From: Vicugna vicugna
Taxonomy: Eukaryota
Reading direction: 5' to 3'
DNA length: 64,000 nucleotides
Assembly (NCBI GenBank): GCA_013265495.1
Contig: MU058452.1
Span: forward strand, 248,001 to 312,000
Part shown: positions 1-12,428 of the stretch, piece by piece
Layout of the letters: each line of letters begins with the position of its first letter
Numbering within the stretch: position 1 is the first letter of the stretch
Made by a program: the position numbers and the translations under genes
The notes under the pieces: model-generated
Seen by the model: the letters and a program-made list of their open reading frames with translations, nothing else
Databases searched by the model: none
What the model was told of the DNA's origin: nothing

Positions 1-731
1 AGAGTATTTTATGTAGAGAGAGAGAAGAGTGGGGTAGCTCAGATCCCTACAGGTCCCTTGTGTTCAAGCCAAAGAAAAGTTAGAGTTGAGACGTGAACCA
101 GAGAGGAGTTCGACTTATAAACACCAATAGTGGAACTCAGATCAGTCAGTCATTAGCTGATTTATAACATGTAGCTGAGTTTCCCTGCTCATTCCTCTAT
201 CAAGTTTCTAAGTTGAGAGCCTCCTTCTACTTATGACACCTCTGCATCATTTGAGAAGATATTATTCATCCAAGTTACTTAAAAAAACTATTCTGCACAA
301 CTCTCCTCCAATCTCATTTTAGAGAATTGCTTGAGGCTGAGATTTAAAGATATCACATTGATGGGAAACTATTTGAGACTAGTTTCTTTCTGTGAATCTT
401 TTAAGGAAACATATTTACTCTAAAAGCTAATCTTTGCAAGTTGGGAGCCAAGTTGCTTGAAAACAGAAGTACTGACTCCTTGTAGCTTCCCATTCACATG
501 GGTTTAATGTATTTAGGGGAACCCTGGAGCTGGTACATTCCCTCATGAAATTAGAAGGAACTGTTTTCAACTTAAACGTGGTTTGCTTTTGAATGCTTGT
601 GTGGCAATAATTCTGACTTTTGATAAATGTATTGTCTTGGAAAATGTGCATTCCGCTGATTGCCTTTGGCTTTTAGTTTTGGAGTCCCCTCAATTCATTA
701 TTTCCAGGATCTAATTATGCTTATTTATTTC

Positions 732-864
732 TTTTTTGGGGGGGAGGGTGTAATTAAGTTTATTTATTTATTATTTAAAAAACATTTTTTTTTAAATAGA
801 AGTACTAGGGATTGAACCTGTGTATGGTAAGCATGTGCTCGACCACTGAATTACACCCTCCCCC
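732..864 (-). mobile_element. Vic-1-type camelid SINE (tRNA-Ala derived), with an internal deletion before the B box
   Basis: Reverse strand reads GGGGGAGGGTGTAATTCAGTGGTCGAGCACATGCTTACCATACACAGGTTCAATCCCTAGTACTTC (A box, B box), then an (AAAT)n linker, a C-run and an A tail. Same layout as the copies at 11147, 28583 and 54521. Confidence 0.88.
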
Positions 865-1629
865 TAGTTACGTTCATTTATAATTCAGTAAAGTCTTGAT
901 TGTATCCAGAAACCTACAAGTTATCTCAGAATGCCACTTCCTTTTTCACATCTCAGGTCTGGTTTCCGGGGAACACAGCAAGTGAGCCTAATTTTGTCCC
1001 TCTGCCTCTGCCTGATCCACTGCCTTCTTCCTCCTCCCAGAGCCTCTGGGTCTTCATTCCTCTGAGCTCTCAGATGCTCCTCTGGGTTCTCTTCACCTTG
1101 TATCTTCCAGATTGTCTAACATAGAACGTCACTTGGCAGCTCTCTGATGTGAAGTACTGAGCTTCTTGGTAGCAGGGAAAAAAAGCTGAATATGAGCAAA
1201 TGGAAACCCCGTTTGTAGTTGTAAAAACGAGTAAAGTGTAGACTATGTCTAGGGGGTTTTCTTGGGATGATGAGATGTGAGCTGCTGGACATTTTGCTCT
1301 GCTTTTCTGGTTTCAGGTGCTCCTCTTCTAGCCCATTCTTTTCTAGAGGGTGCATGGTTCCACAGGTTTTCACTGCCAAAGCTGAAAACAGAGACTCAAC
1401 ATTCTAACCAGATCTTCTCAAGAGCAGAAAATGACAGCACTTGTGTCTCGTCTTTTCCTACTCTACCCATTTTATTCCTCCTATCCCTTGACTCCAAACA
1501 CAGAAAGGACTTGCCATCAGGGGTTATCTGGCAAACTCTAGGCTGGGAAATGTCTCTCAATCTTTCCTTCTGAAAGTCTGCTACCTGAGAGGCAACAATT
1601 TGCTTGGGAAAACTCATGGGTTGGGTGCT

Positions 1630-1725
1630 GGGAAGACTTCAGTTCTAGTCTAGTGCCCTCTTGATTGACCTTGGATGATCATTTTATCTCCCCCAGTTTT
1701 CTTCTCTGTAAAATGAACAAACTGT
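1630..1725 (+). mobile_element. MIR fragment
   Basis: TGACCTTGGATGATCATTTTATCTCCCCAGTTTTCTTCTCTGTAAAATG resembles the MIR core. Confidence 0.6.
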
Positions 1726-2739
1726 ATGTATCTGAGTAATTTTTTTCTTTCTTTCTTGCCCCCATGTTCTCACAGTGAGCTGTATTATAAGTAATCATGG
1801 GAAAAACAATAAGACAATGTTTAAGCAAACAATTGAATATTGAAGAATATAATCTCAATTTAAGGCACTGGTATCACATCTGGAAAGGCCAGCGAATTTG
1901 ATGTGTATAGATGACCAAGCATTTCCTCTCCTCTTTATTTAGACCTGAAGTTGACACGCCTTTGGAGTTTTCTTAGTTCTCATTGAGGACACGTGGTTGT
2001 GTAAACACACCATTAAAAACTGCCTTTCCAGGCAGAGACCCCTGCATGTGGATGTCCCATGGGATTTAGTGACCAGCCTGGCTTTCTTAGCCTGAATCAG
2101 AGTTTAAAAATGGTTTTAAATAAACATTTCTGTTCTGGCTTGTCCAAGATTTCTGACAAAAATCTATTTTTATTTCTGTGTTATTTAATCTTATTTTTTT
2201 TATGTAAAACAGATATTTCAGTCCTTTTTCATTTAAGTTGATACAGGCTATTGGCCACCTGGTGACTCTGGTGTGTGTATTGAGAGCTGGACGGAACCAG
2301 TAAGTCTTTCTTTTGTCCCTCATTCATTTTGTCTCCTCGAGCCGTCCTGTTGCGGCACATGAAAGGAAAAGATGTTGTTTTTTGATCCAAAGACTAATGA
2401 ACTCCCTCTGTGCAAAGTACTGCAGCAGCCCCCATCCCCTGTAGAACCAAGGCCATGGGAACACGATCAGAAAAAGAATGGCCGCCTGGGTTTCATGCCT
2501 CTTTCCTTGATGTTGGCACCAAGAGGCTTCTTCTGAGGGCCTGTGATTCCCTTGCACCTTGCTGCCAAGTTGACAAGGACATGGGCCAGCTGACTGAAGG
2601 AGTTTCCCCCACGTGATTCAGCCTCACGCGATAATAACTTAGCAAACATGTCCAGCAGGATGACTTGGGAACCTCAGACCTGACGTAGCTCAGACTCAGT
2701 TCCTGTCTCCCCTGAGAAAAATGGCTTCTGCTTTCTCTT

Positions 2740-2975
2740 TCATTTCCCCAGCTGTATGATGATCAGTGCTCTTGCTGCCCAAACTCAGAAATTTAGCCGC
2801 ACCTCTTAACTTTGTTTTATCTCTGTTCCTCTTGTGCCCTGTACGCTAACACCCATCTAGTCTTACGGACAGTTTCTGGCTTCTGCACCTTAAGTCTCTC
2901 CTCTCGATTTCTGTTACCCTGTTTAGCTGAGGCTCTCAGATCTTCAGGCCTAAATTATTGAAACAACTCCCAAGG
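2740..2975 (+). mobile_element. L2 fragment (degenerate)
   Basis: Pyrimidine-rich segment resembling the L2 3' region (CCCAAACTCAGAAATTT...GGCTCTCAGATCTTCAGGCCTAAATTATTGAAACAACTCCCAA). Confidence 0.5.
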
Positions 2976-3339
2976 TGAGGTTCCTTTTTCATCACTTACT
3001 GCGTATGATTCTCTCCTCCAGCCACCTCTCTTCTCCTTATGTCCCCATGCCTTGTGGCTTAATCTTGTTTTCCCACCCAAAGGAGACAGTTTTCATCCCC
3101 TCGTACATTTCAACCCACAGTCCTCAGCGAGCCCGTCTTGACTTCTCTAGAGACCAGTGAACACTTTTGCTTAGATACTAACCACACCATTAACCTTTAT
3201 CTTATGCTTCATTATTCTCATTTGAGGAAACACATACAATACTTAATGCAGTCTTCTTGAAGCTATTAGAATTGTGAACAAGATTGTATGAAGTTTATAA
3301 ATCCGGTCAGGAAGTTAGGTATAGAGGTAGGTAGGAGTA

Positions 3340-3505
3340 ATAATACTAGGACACGGGTTATCATTGTTTGAGCGCCTCTTATGTGCCAGGAAATACTCTG
3401 AGCATTTTATTGTCATTGAGTCATTTAGTGTTGACGGTAATCCTATAAGGTTGTTACTCCATATCCCATTTCACAGATGTGAAAACAGAGGTGCAGACAG
3501 GCTCA
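3340..3505 (-). mobile_element. MIR
   Basis: TTGAGCGCCTCTTATGTGCCAGG...CCCATTTCACAGATGTGAAAACAGAGGTGCAGA matches antisense MIR. Confidence 0.85.
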
Positions 3506-4236
3506 AACCACTGAAGACCAAGCTTTAAAAGGACTTCAAAGGATTATGAACGCCCTGTAGGAGAGATGACTCTCGCCCAGTTGGGATAAAGGTGATGGAA
3601 GAGGTTTAACAGGAAGAAGGAAGTGATATGCTATTTTCCATTTCATTAACTAGAAATGCTACCTCCTTCAGCCTCATATTGTTTGCACTCATGATTGGAT
3701 GGGAAGCTTCTTGAGGATGGATGTTAATTCTCTTGGTCTCCTCCGCAGCGTCTAACACAGTATTTTTCATCCAGCAGCTGTGTGTTGATAGAAGATTAAT
3801 GACCTTCTGTCTTGAGCATTGAGATGCTGTGTTTTGGATTTTTTCTTTGTTTTGTTTTCACTGTTTCCAGATATATACACTGACAGTCTTCTATTTTGAT
3901 TTGGGGGAAATAAGTTACTTAGTATACATACTGTGTGCATGTCAATACAGTTCAAATAACAATAACATTTAAAATTTTTAATTAATCGCAAAATACATTT
4001 GGACCCATTTTCCTCCATTTATCCTAATCACAAGGATTTGCCAAGCAAGAATGGATCTACAATGGCCTTTCAACGGCCTTTCAATCAGTACATTTTAAAG
4101 TTTGGTAGCTCTGAAATGTCTGAACTAAAATGGAATTTATGATTGACTAGCAACTTTTGTTCACCAATCACGTCCTTTAAATTAAATGCAGTTAAAAGCT
4201 GTGTAAAAAAAGAGTAATTATTTGTGATTTAATTGC

Positions 4237-5228
4237 TTTCCAGAATATGCAAACAGCTAATACAACTCAATAACAAACAAACAAAATTCAGCCAAAAATA
4301 AGCAGAAGACTGAAAGACGCATTTCCCCAGTGTAGAAATACAAATGGCCAATAGGCACATGAAAAAATGCTCAATATTGCTAATTATCAGAGGAATGCAA
4401 ATCAAAACTATGGTGAGATATCACCTCACACCAGTCAGAATGGCCATCATTAAAAAGTCCAAAAAAGTCCACATAAATGCTGGAGTGGGTGTGGAGAAAA
4501 GGGACCCCTCCCACACTGTTGGTGGGAATGCAGTTTGGTGCAGCCATTATGGAAAACAGTATGGAGATTCCTTAAAAAACTAAAAATTGACTTTCCATTT
4601 GATCCAGGAATCCCACTCCTAGGCATGTATCTAGAAGGAACCATACTTCAGAATGACACCTGCACCCCAATGTTCACAGCAGCACTATTTACAGTAGCCA
4701 AGGCATGGAAGCAGCCTAAATGTCCATCAACAGATGACTGGATAAAGAAGATATAGTATATATACAATGGAATACTACTCAGCCATAGAAGATGCCATTT
4801 ACAGCAACATGGATGGCTCTGGAGGTTGTCACACTAAGTGAAGTAAGCCAGAAGAAGATGAAAAATACCGTATGATATCACTTATATGTGGAATGTGAAG
4901 AAAATGGTACAAATGAACTTATTTACAAAACAGAAATGGGCTCACAGACAGAGAAAACAAACTTAAGGTTATCAGGGGGAAAAAGTGAGGTGGAGGGATA
5001 AATTGGGAGTTTGGGATTTACAGATTCTAACTGCTGTATATGAAATAGATAAACAACAAGGTCTTACTATTATAGCACAGGGAAATATATTCAATATCTT
5101 GTAATAGTCTATAATAAAACATACATATGAAAAAGAATATATATATGTATAAATGAATCATTTTGCTGAATAACAGAAATTAACACAATATTGTTAACTG
5201 ACTATATGCAATAAAAAATAAATAAATA
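4237..5228 (+). mobile_element. 5'-truncated LINE-1: ORF2 C-terminus, 3' UTR and A-rich tail; inactive
   Basis: ORFs 4344-4583 ([10 protein letters not shown]...[14 protein letters not shown]) and 4535-4756 ([17 protein letters not shown]...CTPMFTAALFTVAKAWKQPKCPSTDDWIKK) are L1 ORF2 C-terminal motifs. A 10-bp tandem duplication (AAAAAGTCCA x2, 4452-4471) shifts the frame. AATAAA and tail at about 5210. Confidence 0.97.
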
Positions 5229-5707
5229 CAATGATGCAGCCACTTCAGAAGAAAAGAAAGAAAAAGAAAGTTAAAGTTAAGATACATTTTGCCAGTGATT
5301 CATTTGTCCTTTCCAAGGGCACGTAACACATACTGAAATAAAGAGAACTGACCATTTGAATAAGAACTGTTGAGGCATTCTTGTCCAGAAAGCTGCACAT
5401 TCAGAAATATTAATTTGACATTTTTTTCTGAGTTCTTCTGAAGTAAAAATAATGTAAAGAGTTTTGTGTGTAAACACTATTGTCAAGGACATGATTCCTT
5501 TCAAGTTGACTTCCTGAAATTCACATCTTTTTCAATAAACTTTATTGGGTATCACAAAAAGAATTTTAAGAGCAAAAGAAAACATTTTTTAAATGAATGT
5601 GTAAACATAGAGGTTACTAACACTGGATTTATTGTTTTTTATATTTGATCCATTCTCATGTCCTACAGTTACAGTTACTCAATATACAACCTTCATTTAA
5701 AAGATAT

Positions 5708-5940
5708 GTTTGAGATTTGCAGATACTAACTATCGTATATAAAATAGATAAACAACAAGTTTACCCTGTATAGCACAGGGAACCATATTCAATATCTTGT
5801 AGTAACTTACGGTGAAGAAGGACATGAGAACGAATGTATGTATGTTCCTATGTGACTGAAGTTTTGTGCTGCACACCAGTAATTGCACACAACATTGTAA
5901 ACTGACTGTCCTGCAATAAAAACATATTAAAATTTAAAAA
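5708..5940 (+). mobile_element. LINE-1 3' UTR fragment
   Basis: Aligns by eye to 5009-5228 (ATAAACAACAAG...TATAGCACAGGGAA...TATTCAATATCTTGTA...AACATTGTAAACTGACT...CAATAAAAA). Confidence 0.92.
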
Positions 5941-5990
5941 ATTATAAATAGACTAGACTTCAATAAACAATAAAAATAAAATAATAAAAT
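5941..5990 (+). mobile_element. Second very short LINE-1 3' terminus with A-rich tail
   Basis: GACTAGACTTCAAT is identical to the terminus of the copy at 9988-10138 and is followed by an A-rich run. Confidence 0.7.
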
Positions 5991-8900
5991 GAAGTTTTCT
6001 TGGAATCCAACAAAAAGATATGTCCTAAAGGTGGTTAACTGAGAAAAAAGAAAACAGTAAAAATAATGTTTGACAGATTTTTTTTTTTTACCGTCCAAAC
6101 TGCCCCCCATTTCTTCATCGCCTTTCAAGCTATAGTTTAAAAAGTCCTGAACAGATTTTGAAGTTTACAAAGTGTGAGGGGCAACAGGGGCTTCCTATCT
6201 CCACCAATTATTACACATTTTTAATTAAAAATCAGAAAAAATGGTAGAAGAAATGTAATCTCAGAATAAAGTTTAAAATTATTAAATATATTTTATTTTT
6301 AAATCATTATCCTTACATCTGTCACATTGTTCTACCTGGGGTCTGGGACTCCCTGCAATAAGGAAGCATCCGTTTCGTATTTTCTGAAACAAGAGTGTCA
6401 TTGAAACACAAAAAAGTATTCAGGTGAATTTGATGGAAATTTCTGATGGTGTTCTATCTTTTTCTTAAAGATGGTGACAATTTTTTTATGAATGATACTT
6501 GTTAAACTCATTTATGAATTAATTGATATAATAAATGGATTGTTTATCTCTCATTTCAGTTGATCTGTGATCAAGGTATGACACACAGAGAAATTGTAAG
6601 CAGGGTCTGCACCAGACTAGAACAGAGTCTCATATAAACACAAATTCAATAGGACGTTAGAAAATGGATTAGAGCACTTTAACACTCACATTTGTTTCTG
6701 TTTGGGGTTTTAAAATATTCCTTTTCTGATTATTTAAAAGATTATAAATACTCAAGTGCAGAAATTTTAGAATTTGGAAAGACCATATAAAGAAGATTAT
6801 ATGGTCTTTTTTATAATCTTTTGAGAGCGACGTTGGTTAGCATTATATTTTAATTCCTTATAAATGACACGTACATGTAAAATATTTAAGAATCAGTTTT
6901 GCATGAGCGTTGACCGACAGGAAGCACTGTTACATGTAAACAGTTGACCTGGGTGAATCATCCTGTTTTGCTGAATATAATTTCTGTTGTATATATACAA
7001 ATGAATGTCCATAAATAATGTAATATTTATAAATTTGTGTATTCGTTATATGCATATACATAAAATACACAATTTTTTAAATTTATAAATGCTGAATACG
7101 ATAATTGCCATGTTGATGTTTAGATTATCCTAACTATTATTTATCTCTGGTTAATCTGTGAAAAATAGTTGCTAGGTAAATTAGAAATATAATTTTGATT
7201 TTGGGGGGAGGATGGATTTTTAAACTACTTAACAAATACCTTCAAAGTACCTGTGTATTAGCAATGACTATGGAAGTATAAATCATTCTTACTACAACCA
7301 AACAGAATCTGAAATATGAACTTTTGCAGGGCAAAATTTTCTTATCACTGACAGGGTTACAGCACAGAATTTTTAATAATTTGCTTGGCGTTTTAAGCTA
7401 TTTGCACTCTTCAGCAATTAATTCATTTTTTAAGCACCATTCCTCTAGCCGTGAGTTCTAAGAATTCAATATTTTACTCTATTAACATTTCACTTGACTA
7501 TCCAACCTCATTGTTTGAGAACAAATTGAGCATTTCTAGAATGAATTTAACAAACTTTTTTCTCTAGGAAGCAAACTTGTATTCTGGTTACACTGTGATC
7601 TTGTCAGTACTAAATTATTTGGAAGCTTTACAGATTCTCAATGAAGAATTAAGTGCATCTTGAAGCTTGTATATGAAGATATCCTTCCCCAAATAGAGTC
7701 ATTCACTTGGAAATCCATAGGGGAGGCTTGAAGTATTTTTGAAAAATTCGGGGAAAGAAAAGATGCTCCATCTTTCTCCTTATAAATCCAAAGAGATAGC
7801 ATAGTCTTGAACAATCAAAAAGGTTTCAGGTAAGATACATGTAGACTTAGGCTAAGAGTTGCCTCTTTGATATGGAGGTAAGCATGTGTTCACCTTATTC
7901 TGAAGGAGGGTTTCTTTGTTTTAACACATTAAACTGTAGCCAACTGTTTGGTTATTGCAAAAGTGCCTGGACCTGAGCAGTCACCAAGGTGAGAACGTCT
8001 AATAAAGAATCAACTGAAAATTAGATTTTAGCACAAAGATGCCCTCCATCATGGATGGTAACAGATCACAGAGCGCCTTACAGAATAGCCTCACCTCCCA
8101 TTTGCAATGAAAGTCCTAGGCCAGGATCACACACTTTTCTACATGTATTCACACCCCAAAAATGCCCTGTGCCGGGGAATTCACTCCATCAGAGGAGAGC
8201 GATTTCTCTCCTCATTTGTGTTTGAAACATGAAAACAACATAACAGCTGCATGCTGCATTGAATAAGGAAGACACACATGCATTTAAATCACTTATATCT
8301 TACTTTTTTATGATGCAATTGTGAATTATGTTCCTTTTGCATCTGTAATTAGAGGGCAGAACAGATGGCGAAGGCTTCGTTTAAAGTGATGTGTCCATTA
8401 AAATAACCTAGGCTGCCAAGTGATTGCTCACTGTAACAGGGTATTCATTCACCATGGCAGGCACTTTGCTGTACTGAAATATGTTGCAAAGGCCCCTGGA
8501 CTATACATGACGCTTATTATTTTTAAGGGCCTTCCAATAAAAGGGTTCACTGTAGCACAGATAGCTTTGTACCTCATTTATCTTCCGAGCATATGTTTTA
8601 CTATATTGTTCTAATTAAAAAGTGACCTTGTATATAATGATCAGAACTCAGTGCTGAAAATGATTCATATAGGAGCTGGCGATATGGGAAGACAGTCCAA
8701 GCCATATTAAACTGGGCAGTGAGGCAAGGGTTGGGGCAGTGGCTTTGGGGGAGAAAATCTTTTCCCAAGATCATAGTGCAAAGAGTTTAGAAGATTCCGT
8801 TCACCTCTGGGACAAGTTAATCTCTTACTGCCTATTATTTGGAGAAGATTTTCAGGGAGAAAAACAAAAACATTGAAAACAAAAGGGTAGGAAATGTCCT

Positions 8901-9229
8901 CATCAGATTTGGTTCCAAGATGCTCGTATAAAATTTAATTATTTTCCATCAGGCCAAAGCATACCAACTTCTGCGTTGTTCAAAGCTATTAAAAGATGCA
9001 TTTTGTTCTGCTTTGCTTGATCAAGATATGTTGGAACTTTGGGGCATATCAAATTCTGTCAGCTATAATAATAAGTATTATGCAACTTTCATTTTTATCA
9101 GCTTCCGAGGACAAAGAGCTTTCAAATATCACTTCATAGAATGTCTAGAACTTTGCAGAATAGCTATTATAATTTCCTCACTATGAAAGAGAAGTCAGTT
9201 TTAGACGGATTATGAGGACAGCCTTACTC

Positions 9230-9980
9230 TTCCAGCTTGTAAAGGCATTTAAAAGAAAAACATTGAAAACAATAGACGAAAACATGAACGAGTTTGTTAT
9301 GTAATTTCTGGAGAAAGAACTAAGTAAAAATTGGTGAAAAAAATCAAAAGCACTTGTTAAAAATTTCACAAACACAATTAAAATGCCAACACTTGACTAG
9401 AAAAAAACATTTGCAACGGGTACGAAAGGAAAAATGTTAACCTTGATACGGGAAGAACTCATACAATCAATTAAAAAAAGGACTGAGATTCTTAACAGGC
9501 AGACACTACAAAGGTAAAAGCAGATAGTTTATAGGAGGAAACACAAATCACAAATTAAAATCAGAATGTGTTCGGCTTTCTTTGTTCAACTCTTTTAAAA
9601 TAAATAAGAAAAAATACCATTTTCAATTAGAACATTAGGAACCCTTTCAAAATGTTCATACTCACTCTGAAGATTCAGAAGGAAGGCCATTGTGGTGAAG
9701 AAAACACATGTCAGAGACATATTTTTGAAAACATATTTGAACAATTTGTATCAGGAACATTAAAAAATTGCGTATATTTTATCTATGACGTCTACAAATC
9801 AGTACTAAGCAATTGAGCAGAAATGTAGACTAAACTTTGTGTGTTTGAATGTTAAGTATAATGTTATTTATCGAATTAAAACAATCTTTGAAATTCACCT
9901 AATTTTCAGCACCTGGGTAATAATTTGATAAATTTTAATATTTTTGCATAATGCTCAAATATATTAGCATTAAAAATAAT
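9230..9980 (+). mobile_element. Ancient L1M fragment (degraded ORF2 / 3' region)
   Basis: A-rich, with residual ORF2 motifs such as GACTAGAAAAAAACATTTGCAAC...GAAGAACTCATACAATCAATT. Confidence 0.6.
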
Positions 9981-9987
9981 ATCCTTA

Positions 9988-10138
9988 AGGGAACTATATT
10001 CAATATCTTGTAGTAGCCTATAATGAAAAAGAATATGCAAATGAATATATGTATGTATACGTATGACTGAAACATGACGCTGTACACCAGACATTGACAC
10101 AACATTGTAAACTGACTAGACTTCAATTAAAAAAAAAA
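9988..10138 (+). mobile_element. LINE-1 3' terminal fragment with poly(A)
   Basis: AGGGAACTATATTCAATATCTTGTAGTAGCC...ACAACATTGTAAACTGACTAGACTTCAATT followed by A10. Confidence 0.93.
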
Positions 10139-11146
10139 TCTCTTAAAATTTGGGTTCTCTTTGCATTCAAAGGAGAAATCTTGCATACATAGATATATTC
10201 CAAACTTCATTATGAAAACTCATTTGTGGCAAGTTGAATTCTGTCTCTCAGGCAGCCTTCTCTTAAATTTTGGTTAATCAATGGGAGATTCTCATACTTT
10301 GGCAGTTTTTCTTCACCAGTTTTTTTGTGAGTAGTTAATGGTCTATAAATACTATTTAAATGCAGCAGGGGAGTTCACTATTTAGAAGAATTCTGTAGGG
10401 ACCCCTTTCACAGAAGAAAAAGTCTTTGGATAATACAAATATTCACCCCTGAATGATTTTTTATTGACTTTAAAATATCTTTTAAAATCTTTCAGGTGGA
10501 GCTTTCAGTCATCGGAAGAATACTTTTATTTCTGAAAAAAAAAATCACTCCCGTTTTATCAAATTAAATGTTTCCCCAACTTCTTTAGTGAACTTTAATT
10601 TGGCATTGTTACAAGAGGATGTGCTGTGGACGTGGAGATATTCTGAATGACAGCTCTTGGTTTTCAGATTCTCTGAAATGATATTTACAAAATCTCATAA
10701 AAATTTTTCTAACCTTTTGATGGGCATTACCAACCTGGCGTGAAGCTGAGAGGTGAAACGGTGAAATTAAGCAGTTTTGCTTCGGCCTTGCATTCTCCTG
10801 GGAGGAACTTAGACATATCCACAGGCTCAACACTCCTGTGGAAACACAGTGGAAAATCACAGCCACTTCCTTGATGCCAGGAGTAAGGAAACTGAGGTTC
10901 CATGCGAAGACTTCCTACCTACTTCAAGATCATCTCCTAATGTCTCAAAATGTCCCAAGTGGACTAAGATTATCATTAACACCAGGTTCAGAAGAAAATC
11001 TTGAGGATTAAGGAGATGGTGATACGGAAGTGATTTTCAATCTTGCATGGGGAAATCAAGCACTTATCACACTATATGTGTTTTGACTGCTTTCTTGTCA
11101 GACTCCACCCCGGGCTGTAAAGTTCTCTAAGAGCAGGTACAAAGTA

Positions 11147-11299
11147 GGGAAGTGGTATAGCTCAGTGGTGGAGCACGTGCTTAGCATATATGAGGTCCTG
11201 GGTTCAATCCTCAGTACCTCCATTAAAAATAAATAAACAAATAAACTGTATGACCTCCCCCTAAGAACTAATAAAATAAGTCAATAAAAAAAAAAAAAG
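11147..11299 (+). mobile_element. Vic-1-type camelid SINE, full length, with target-site duplication
   Basis: TATAGCTCAGTGGTGGAGC (A box), GGGTTCAATCCT (B box), AT-rich linker, C-run and poly(A). TSD AGGTACAAAGT at 11135-11145 and 11300-11310. Confidence 0.95.
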
Positions 11300-12403
11300 A
11301 GGTACAAAGTGTCATTCCTCTCTTCTACCCGAGGGCTTCTTCCAGGCACTGGCATGGAGTCTTTGCTTTGTAAATATGTATTTTCTCCTCTTTTGCCGGA
11401 CAGCCACATCAAGGAGCAGTTTCTGAATGGAGTGTTACTATATTTTAAACTCTTTGAAGGATACCCATATATTCCAAGGATCAATAGTTCTGCCAGAGCT
11501 TCTGTTATTTTTATTTATCAGCCTCTCTTCCATCATCGTTAACTACCTCACATGAGGCCCTGAACAAAATTTAAAAATACTTTACCTGTCCATTAGGATC
11601 TTAGAATCTAGTGATTAATCAGTAATAAAGAGATTGAGTATTGGGCAGTCAAGATTCGGACATTTCACAATGTAAAAATATTCCAGACCTATTCTTTATT
11701 GATTCGAAATGGAATCAGGACATAAAAAAAAAAAGAGTCCAGGACTAATGTAAAATAAGGAATAGCTGAATAGACATTAAAATGGGATTGCCAAACATAC
11801 CAAGGCAAAATGGTTCTTCTGTGTTTTTTTAATAAAAACTCAATTTTAAAATATCAATATTTTATGTTTTAATTTTTGATCTCTGACCAAGCTATTTGTC
11901 ATTGTTGGACTAGTGTTCTGCAACCACGACTTATATGCTTTTGCCTTGTGAAATGGGTCTTTGGTGATCATTCTTTTTCACTGAGTTCATCTATCTTTCT
12001 GGGTTAAGACTTTTCGGTTTTTACTTCCCCAAAGGTTACATCTATAATAATTGTGTTACCCTACCTGCCAGTGGCCATTACTCAATTATTCTAACTCAAC
12101 TTTATATGGTTTCCAGCCGGAGTAGGTTTCCCATTTCTTCCCGTACACAGATGCTTGCTTAATGAATGCCTGTGGTTTGTTTCCTCTGCCCCAGAAAATT
12201 CAGAGGCCATAGATCAGAGGAGAAAATGCTAATTCAAAGGCCGGGCATGATATGATTGGAAGCTTCAACCTGGTAAGATGATTTAGAATTCTATGATATA
12301 TTTGAGGGATTTCTTGAGCCTATGCAAGTTTCAATTCATTAACTTCAACCCGAGAATCTTCGCAGCTTGAACTATCTGCCCACCTAGGTAAGGTGGGCAG
12401 GCG

Positions 12404-12428
12404 TGTGTGTGTCTGTGTGTGTGTGTGT
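12404..12428. repeat. Interrupted (TG)n microsatellite
   Basis: Read directly from the sequence. Confidence 0.9.

Noticed and set aside
4344..4756. L1 ORF2 peptides (also 46749-47075) as host CDS
   Set aside because: Truncated transposon remnants; the first is also frameshifted.
9905..9921. REST/RE1 left half-site TTCAGCACC
   Set aside because: The right half (GGACAG) is absent and the site lies in an old L1.
11147..11225. Possible tRNA-Ala(AGC) gene
   Set aside because: No proper acceptor stem. It continues into the SINE linker and poly(A), has a TSD, and has three sibling copies, so it is a SINE.
12195..12271. Exon-like segment (CCCCAG|...CTG|GTAAGA)
   Set aside because: Stops in all three frames and no linked evidence; could at most be a non-coding exon.
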